Of a DNA stretch of 64,000 bases, positions 58,040 through 64,000 are shown piece by piece. Where the stretch lies: positions 77,223-141,222 of the IMG/VR virus record IMGVR_UViG_3300033066_001253; one strand, written 5' to 3'. The stretch comes from a virus (Duplodnaviria; Heunggongvirae; Uroviricota; Caudoviricetes). A model generated the notes under the pieces. The model worked only from the letters and a program-made list of their open reading frames with translations, was not told the DNA's origin and made no database searches. Every line of letters begins with the position of its first letter. The first letter of the stretch is position 1. Both the position numbers and the translations under genes were made by a program.

Positions 58040-58549
58040 ATGTGTGCACAATTCGGAAGGCAAAGAGATATATCATTATTTAGACACATCAATCGTGAAT
58101 TGTTAGGAGATATTATTACTCAACAAGTTGCTTTATATAAAGTAAATATAGAAAAAACTGCAACAAATATGTACGGTGAAGTTACAGGAAAAAGATTTTT
58201 TACTGAACCAACATTATTAAATTGTTTAATTAAAAGAACTGATCCTAATTTCCAACAAACAAATATAGGAGAAGATTATAATCGTATTAATACTTTTTCA
58301 TTTCTTAGAGATGACTTAGTTGATGCTGGAGTTAAACCTGAATTAGGAGATTTTATAATGTATTATAATGATTATTATGAAATAGAACAATCATTTGATA
58401 ACCAATTATTTGTTGGTAAAGACCCAGATTATAACTATTCTGAAAATCCAATCAATCCTGGATTAGAAGAATTTGGAACATCTATATCAATAAATTGTGT
58501 AGCTCGATATATTCCAGCAGATAAAATTGGAATTACTAAAGAAAGATAA
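58040..58549 (+). CDS. Neck/head-completion protein (T4 gp14-like)
   Basis: NMYGE, PELGDFIMY..DYYEI; follows the gp13-like gene. Confidence 0.6.
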   Translation: MCAQFGRQRDISLFRHINRELLGDIITQQVALYKVNIEKTATNMYGEVTGKRFFTEPTLLNCLIKRTDPNFQQTNIGEDYNRINTFSFLRDDLVDAGVKPELGDFIMYYNDYYEIEQSFDNQLFVGKDPDYNYSENPINPGLEEFGTSISINCVARYIPADKIGITKER

Positions 58550-58551
58550 AA

Positions 58552-59514
58552 ATGTCTAATAGAAAACCAACCCCAAAATCCCAAAAACAAATCTCTAAAG
58601 ATTTGATAGAACCTTACTCTACGAGTGGTCCTGGTTTTCAACCAACAGGAAATCCTAATGATTCTACTGAAAATAATAGAGGTAATCAATTAAGTTTTAA
58701 AAATGATGATACCAAACCTTTTTATATTGGTATTCAAGATATTGATGAAGCTATTTATTATTATTTTAATGAAGTAATAAAACTTAGTGTTAACCAAAAT
58801 GGAAGTAGAGTAAAAGTACCTATTATATATGGTAATCCTGAAAAATGGAAATCAATTCAAAAAGATGGATACTACAGAGATAAAAATGGTAAAATAATGT
58901 CACCATTATTAGTCTTTAAAAGAGATGAATTAACAAAAAACCGCAGTTTAGGAAATAAATTAGATGCTAATCAACCTCATTTATATAGTTCTTTTACTAA
59001 AAAATATTCATCAAGAAATTTTTATGATGCTTTCAACGTATTAAACAACATAAAACCTGAAAGGGAACAATACGCCATAGCCATACCTGACTACGTTAAT
59101 ATAAAGTATAGTTGCGTTATATACACATACTATGTTGAGCAGATGAACCACATAATTGAAGCCTTAAATTATGCTTCTGATTCATATTGGGGAAATCCAG
59201 AGCGTTTTAAATTTAATGCTAGAATAGATGGTTTTAATACTGTTATAGAAGTTGCTGATGGAGCTGATAGAGCAATAAAAAGTACTTTTGATCTTAAATT
59301 ATCAGGTCAAATAATTCCTGAGGTTTTGCAACGTGATTTAAATGCAGTTAAAAAAATACCAACAATTACTCATACATCTTTTACAACTGAATTAATATTA
59401 AATTCAGGTGAACCTAGAGTTGTAGATTATTTAATTCCTTCAAATTGGATTTTAAATAATGGAATTTGGAATGATAATGGTGAATGGATAGATACTGAAA
59501 TATGGGAAGATTAA
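58552..59514 (+). CDS. Tail terminator/sheath stabiliser (T4 gp15-like)
   Basis: VPIIYGNPEKW, P.YVNI.Y, EQMNHIIE; Trp-rich C-terminal extension. Confidence 0.7.
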   Translation: MSNRKPTPKSQKQISKDLIEPYSTSGPGFQPTGNPNDSTENNRGNQLSFKNDDTKPFYIGIQDIDEAIYYYFNEVIKLSVNQNGSRVKVPIIYGNPEKWKSIQKDGYYRDKNGKIMSPLLVFKRDELTKNRSLGNKLDANQPHLYSSFTKKYSSRNFYDAFNVLNNIKPEREQYAIAIPDYVNIKYSCVIYTYYVEQMNHIIEALNYASDSYWGNPERFKFNARIDGFNTVIEVADGADRAIKSTFDLKLSGQIIPEVLQRDLNAVKKIPTITHTSFTTELILNSGEPRVVDYLIPSNWILNNGIWNDNGEWIDTEIWED

Positions 59515-59530
59515 TATTTATAAATAAAAG

Positions 59531-60742
59531 ATGAGTTTAATTCATATAAATAATGGTGATTCTGGATTAGATACTAGGAATAAAATTAATAATGCTTTTG
59601 ATATGATTGATAATTTATCAACAGGAAGCTTAATAAATGTTACTTATTCTGAAGCAGTAGATTTAATATCTAATAGTAATTTAAATGAAGGATTTCATTA
59701 TAAAATCACAGACAGAGCAGATGCTGGTATTATACTTTTAGCAGTATCTACTAATCAATTCTCTCTTGAAGGTCAAGGTATATTTTTAAATCCTGATTTC
59801 CAAGGAGCAGGTGCATTAAGTGCAGATGTTCAAGGTGTATGGTATGTAGGTGGAGAAGCAGGATATGTAAATGGAAATATTGTATTTTGGAATGGTAATC
59901 ATTATGAAGTAACAGATGATGCTGCTTTTGCAGGAAAAGACCCAAGTGATAATTCTTTAGCTTATACTTTACTTTCTAAATCAGTAGTTAATGGTTATAT
60001 AGAAGAAGTAGATTTTATTCTTTATGATTTTGTTGGTGATAGTATTTTTAAAAGACAAGACAAAAGAGGTAATGATATAAATACAAACTATGTAAATAGT
60101 TTCCAATGGGGAAATGATGTTGTAACTGATGTAGTCGTTGTTAAATCTTCGGATATTGATATTCAAAATCAAAGAGGTTCTATTTCAAGAATTAAAATTC
60201 AAGGTCAAAATAATGGATATTTAAGTGCTGATAATAATTTTACAGGTGTTTTTGTTAATAATTATATATTTGAAACATCTATTTCATTAACAGGAGCGGG
60301 GGCTTTTATATCAGGATGTTCTTTTGAATATTGTCAAGGAGGTATATATTTTAATGGTGGTGAAAGTTATAATAGTAAACAAATAAATCAATTAGGTTCT
60401 ACTTTTGAAGCAACTATAGATTTAACAATGTTTTCTAGTGGTACATTAACTATACCAACAAATCTTAATTATATAGGAATTTTTACTAATCAAGATATAG
60501 GTGGTAATATAGATGAAATAGTAAATTTACCAAATCATCTAACTACATTTAAAAGTATAGTTGGTGTAAATTATTCATTTGTTCATTCAAATGTAGCAGG
60601 TGCTACTATTAATCAATTAATATCTGATGCTGCTACTACTAATACAATTGTAGGTGCTCATAATGACTTTATTCAATATAATAAAGTAGTTGTTAATGGT
60701 GTAAATGTAAATCAAAGATATAACGCAGTAATAGCTGCTTAA
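59531..60742 (+). CDS. Fibre-like virion protein
   Basis: INNGDSGLDTRNKINNAF; VTYSEAVDLISNSNLNEGFHYKITD; beta-helix-like C-terminal half. Confidence 0.55.
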   Translation: MSLIHINNGDSGLDTRNKINNAFDMIDNLSTGSLINVTYSEAVDLISNSNLNEGFHYKITDRADAGIILLAVSTNQFSLEGQGIFLNPDFQGAGALSADVQGVWYVGGEAGYVNGNIVFWNGNHYEVTDDAAFAGKDPSDNSLAYTLLSKSVVNGYIEEVDFILYDFVGDSIFKRQDKRGNDINTNYVNSFQWGNDVVTDVVVVKSSDIDIQNQRGSISRIKIQGQNNGYLSADNNFTGVFVNNYIFETSISLTGAGAFISGCSFEYCQGGIYFNGGESYNSKQINQLGSTFEATIDLTMFSSGTLTIPTNLNYIGIFTNQDIGGNIDEIVNLPNHLTTFKSIVGVNYSFVHSNVAGATINQLISDAATTNTIVGAHNDFIQYNKVVVNGVNVNQRYNAVIAA

Positions 60743-60841
60743 TAATATAAAAAATTTCACCAATATAGATATTTTTACTTATTTTTTGAAATATTTATCC
60801 ATATTTATATTGGAAATCAATCAAATTAAATCAACAAAATA

Positions 60842-62542
60842 ATGGCCGAAACTTTATTATCTCCTGGTGTTTTAGCTCGTGAAAACGACATATCTCAGGT
60901 ATCAACCCAACCAGTACAAGTTGGGGCAGCAATAATAGGTCCAACAGTAAAAGGACCTGTAGAATTACCAACAGTAGTTACTTCTTATAGTGATTACGTA
61001 AATAAATTTGGAGATGTTTTAGTGAGTGGAAGTGATACTTATTCATATTTTACTTCTATAGCAGCTTATAATTATTTTAACAATGGAGGTGATTCATTAT
61101 TAGTAGCTCGTGTTGTTACTGGTTCTTATACTTCTGCTACAAGTACTACTATTAGTGCTAGTTCAAATGCAACAGCATTTTCATTAAAAACAATTTCAAA
61201 AGGTATAATCACAAACAGTTCAAGTTCATTAGATACTAATGGAGCTTTAATGAGTGGTTCTGCTGATAACATTCGTTGGGAAATTGTAAATCCAAATACA
61301 TCATCTGGAACTTTCAATTTATTAATTAGACAAGGTAATGATGTTACTAATAGTAAAACTATTTTAGAAACATTTACAAATTTATCTTTAGATCCTAAAG
61401 CCCCTAATTTTATTTCTAAACAAATTGGTGATTATGTATTTAATTATAACTCATCAACAATTCAAGTAGAATTAACTGGAAGTTATCCAAATGCTTCAAG
61501 ATATGTTTATGTATCATCTGTTAATTTATTAACTCCTGATTATTTAGATAATAATGGAGTAGCAAAAGTACAATATACTTCATCAATTCCTATTGCTGCT
61601 AGTGGTTCATTTACTGGTGCAACAGGTGATTTAAAAAATGGAACTGCATTTTATAATAACATAACAACAGCAGGGAATACACAAGGATTAGATGCTGGTA
61701 ATTATACAAACATGATAAATCTTTTATCAAATAAAGATGATTATCAATTTAATGTTTTATTGGTTCCTGGTTTAATAAATTCACTTCACACTAGTGCTAT
61801 TAGTACTTTAATTAATAATACACAACAAAGAGGTGATAATATTTTATTAATTGATCCTGTAGTTTATGGAGCAACTGCCACAGCCGTAACAGTTGAAGCA
61901 GCATCTAGAGATACTTCATATGGTGCTATGTATTGGCCATGGTGTCAAATTTTAGATCCTGGAACAGGAAAAAATGTTTGGGTACCAGCTTCAACAATGA
62001 TTGCAGGTGTTTATGCTTACAATGATAAGATAGCTGAAAAATGGTCAGCACCAGCAGGTATTCAAAGAGGTGGATTAAACAATGTAATTCGTCCAGAACA
62101 AAAATTAAATGCTTCTACTAGAGATACTTTATATCAAGCTAAAATTAATCCAATAGCTCAATTTCCAGGACAAGGATTAGTTGTTTATGGTCAGAAAACA
62201 TTACAACAAAAAGCATCAGCTTTAGATCGTATTAATGTTAGACGATTATTAATTGAATTAAAAGGATATATTTCACAAGTAGGAAATAATTTAGTATTTG
62301 AAGCAAATACAATTGCTACTAGAAATAGTTTCTTAAATCAAGTAAATCCATATTTATCTTCTGTTCAACAAAGAGATGGTTTATATGCTTTTAAAGTGGT
62401 AATGGATGATTCAAATAATACAGCAGATGTAATTGATAGAAATAAATTGGTAGGTGCTATTTACGTTCAACCAAGTAAGACTGCAGAGTTTATTTATCTA
62501 GATTTTACAGTTACCCCAACTGGTGCAACTTTCCCTGCATAA
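60842..62542 (+). CDS. gp18: Tail sheath protein (T4 gp18-like)
   Basis: LSPGVLAREND, YGAMYWPW, WSAPAG..RG, INPI..FPGQG...GQKTL, RINVRRL, PSKTAEFI. Confidence 0.95.
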   Translation: MAETLLSPGVLARENDISQVSTQPVQVGAAIIGPTVKGPVELPTVVTSYSDYVNKFGDVLVSGSDTYSYFTSIAAYNYFNNGGDSLLVARVVTGSYTSATSTTISASSNATAFSLKTISKGIITNSSSSLDTNGALMSGSADNIRWEIVNPNTSSGTFNLLIRQGNDVTNSKTILETFTNLSLDPKAPNFISKQIGDYVFNYNSSTIQVELTGSYPNASRYVYVSSVNLLTPDYLDNNGVAKVQYTSSIPIAASGSFTGATGDLKNGTAFYNNITTAGNTQGLDAGNYTNMINLLSNKDDYQFNVLLVPGLINSLHTSAISTLINNTQQRGDNILLIDPVVYGATATAVTVEAASRDTSYGAMYWPWCQILDPGTGKNVWVPASTMIAGVYAYNDKIAEKWSAPAGIQRGGLNNVIRPEQKLNASTRDTLYQAKINPIAQFPGQGLVVYGQKTLQQKASALDRINVRRLLIELKGYISQVGNNLVFEANTIATRNSFLNQVNPYLSSVQQRDGLYAFKVVMDDSNNTADVIDRNKLVGAIYVQPSKTAEFIYLDFTVTPTGATFPA

Positions 62543-62560
62543 ATAAAAATATAATTAAAC

Positions 62561-62590
62561 AAAGAAAAGCCACTATATGTGGCTTTCTTT
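62561..62590 (+). terminator. Intrinsic (possibly bidirectional) terminator
   Basis: AAAGAAAAGCCAC-TATAT-GTGGCTTTCTTT. Confidence 0.8.
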
Positions 62591-62634
62591 ATTCTTACAA
62601 TATTTATAATGGAATCCCCAAACGAAATATTTAT

Positions 62635-63294
62635 ATGAAAAAATGTAAAAGATGTAATAAAGATAAAGATTTTAATTCATTTTGTAAAACATCTAAAAAT
62701 AAAGATGGTTATAATAATAGATGTAGAGAATGTATTAAAGAACTTGGAAAAGATTATTATAAAAATAATAAAGAATCAATGAATTTAAAGGCGAAAAAAT
62801 GGTATGGTGAAAATAAAGAAAAACATATAAAACATACCATGAATTATCAAGCAAATAATCCTGAAAAAAAGAAAAAATATCTTAAAAAATGGAATAAAAA
62901 TAATAGAGATTATTTTAAAAAATGGAGAAAAGATAAATATGATAATGATCCTAATTTTAAATTAAGAATAACTTTAAGTGTTAGATTAAGTGGTATTTTA
63001 AGAAATGAAAAAACCTATAAAACTTCAAGTATTATAAAACTAATTGGGTGTACTTTAGATGAATTAAAATTATATATTGAAAAACAATTTATATTAGGAA
63101 TGGATTGGAATAATTGGGGGGAAATATGGGAAGTAGATCATATAAAAGCTTGTGCTAAGTTTGATTTAACAAATATGGAACACCAAAAACAATGTTTCCA
63201 TTACACTAATCTAATGCCTCGATTTAAAACAACAATAATTGCTGAAGAACATGGTTCTGATCAAATAGGTAATAGAAATAAAAGTGATAAATAA
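62635..63294 (+). CDS. HNH homing endonuclease
   Basis: CKRC...CREC; WEVDHIK...NLMPRFKTT...IGNRNK; between sheath and tube. Confidence 0.8.
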   Translation: MKKCKRCNKDKDFNSFCKTSKNKDGYNNRCRECIKELGKDYYKNNKESMNLKAKKWYGENKEKHIKHTMNYQANNPEKKKKYLKKWNKNNRDYFKKWRKDKYDNDPNFKLRITLSVRLSGILRNEKTYKTSSIIKLIGCTLDELKLYIEKQFILGMDWNNWGEIWEVDHIKACAKFDLTNMEHQKQCFHYTNLMPRFKTTIIAEEHGSDQIGNRNKSDK

Positions 63295-63357
63295 TTTTCC
63301 TTTATTTTCACATATGTATAATAAATTTAATTAAAATCCAAAAAACACATATATAAA

Positions 63358-63846
63358 ATGGCAGTATTAAGTCCCAATGAGATATTTTTCAGTGCTTTTG
63401 AACCAAAACAACCAAACCGCTTCGTAATGTACGTAGATGGTATTCCTTCTTTTATGATAAAAGGAATGTCGGCTGTAACTGTGGATCAAGGAGAAATCGT
63501 TTTAAATCATATAAACGTTTATCGTAAAATAAAAGGAAAAGCAAAATGGGGAGATGTAACTCTTACATTATTTGATCCTATCACACCTTCAGGAGCTCAA
63601 GCAGTAATGGAATGGGAACGTTTACATCATGAATCAGTAACAGGACGTGATGGTTATTCTGATTTCTACAAAAAAGATATAACAGTAAATATTTTAGGTC
63701 CAGTTGGAGATATAGTTGGTGAATGGATTTTCAAAGGTGCATTTATTAAATCAGCTAACTTTGGTGAATATAATTACGATACAGAAAATCAAGCAATTAA
63801 TTTACAAATGGTGTTAGGTATGGATTACTGTATACTCAATTTTTAG
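63358..63846 (+). CDS. gp19: Tail tube protein (T4 gp19-like)
   Basis: FEPKQPNRF, KGKAKWGDVTLTLFDP, EWERL, YKKDI.V.ILGP.G..VGEW.FKGAF. Confidence 0.92.
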   Translation: MAVLSPNEIFFSAFEPKQPNRFVMYVDGIPSFMIKGMSAVTVDQGEIVLNHINVYRKIKGKAKWGDVTLTLFDPITPSGAQAVMEWERLHHESVTGRDGYSDFYKKDITVNILGPVGDIVGEWIFKGAFIKSANFGEYNYDTENQAINLQMVLGMDYCILNF

Positions 63847-63871
63847 AATTACTTTTAAAACTTTCAAATTT

Positions 63872-63904
63872 AAGCTTGCCAATTTGGCAGGCTTTTATTA
63901 TATT
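63872..63904 (+). terminator. Intrinsic terminator overlapping a sigma70-like promoter
   Basis: AAGCTTGCCA-ATT-TGGCAGGCTT followed by TT; TTGCCA (63876), 17 nt, TATATT (63899). Confidence 0.7.
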
Positions 63905-63920
63905 ATAACAAATAAAATTT

Positions 63921-64000
63921 ATGGAAAAACAACAACTTACCCAAGAAGAAATAAACGATCTATCTCAACTCCAACTAGAAACTCAAAATCTAATCCTAAA
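63921..64000 (+). CDS. Hypothetical protein, truncated by the window edge
   Basis: MEKQQLTQEEINDLSQLQLETQNLIL..., open to the end. Confidence 0.5.
   Translation, partial: MEKQQLTQEEINDLSQLQLETQNLIL

Noticed and set aside
1556-61317. Minus-strand and nested ORFs in the track (e.g. 1556, 8720, 11089, 26460, 34339, 39367, 49517, 56065, 61126, and + strand 21217)
   Set aside because: They lie within well-supported + strand genes, are low-complexity mirrors of those genes and carry no recognisable motifs.
62609-62647. Micro-ORF MESPTKYLYEKM upstream of the HNH gene
   Set aside because: It starts immediately at the end of the motif, overlaps the HNH start out of frame and has no other support.
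18731-63294. Group I introns or inteins hosting the endonucleases
   Set aside because: The flanking genes (primase, protease, terL, sheath, tube) appear complete, and no split ORF or intein termini were seen.
1-64000. Stop-codon reassignment as in some jumbo phages
   Set aside because: Conserved genes are full length in code 11, and TAA, TAG and TGA all end tightly packed genes.
1-64000. tRNA, tmRNA or rRNA genes
   Set aside because: Intergenic gaps are short and AT-rich and no cloverleaf or T-loop (GTTCGA) context was recognised; a tRNAscan-SE/ARAGORN run would confirm.

Overview
A 64 kb segment of a very AT-rich, T4-like contractile-tailed phage genome, probably a jumbo phage. All credible genes are on the + strand and use the standard genetic code. 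In order, the window holds: an HD hydrolase and a gp55-like sigma factor; a baseplate module (gp5-, gp25- and gp6-like genes plus large virion proteins); a replication island (GIY-YIG EndoII-like nuclease, primase, PD-(D/E)xK exonuclease); a long accessory region (kinases, HAD nucleotidases, many small charged proteins, a six-gene fibre-like cassette, denV, an FAD oxidoreductase); the head module (terminase, portal, protease, scaffold, major capsid); a pentein + PSD-like + phoH metabolic insert; and neck, tail terminator, sheath and tube genes. Five free-standing homing endonucleases sit beside essential genes. No tRNA, rRNA, CRISPR array, integrase or reverse transcriptase was recognised. A Bacteroidota host is inferred from the lack of Shine-Dalgarno sites, an Hc1-like gene and a signal peptide followed by Gln. 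The most interesting signals are: (1) many accessory proteins, some with enzyme domains, that share short helical tags and (I/L)-x-E sites and look like capsid-packaged cargo; (2) an arginine-dihydrolase-like plus soluble PSD-like gene pair, possibly a two-step putrescine route; (3) a three-hairpin candidate structured RNA upstream of denV; (4) two promoter classes, one with leaderless geometry and one overlapping terminators. All family assignments come from motif recognition by eye, with no database searches.
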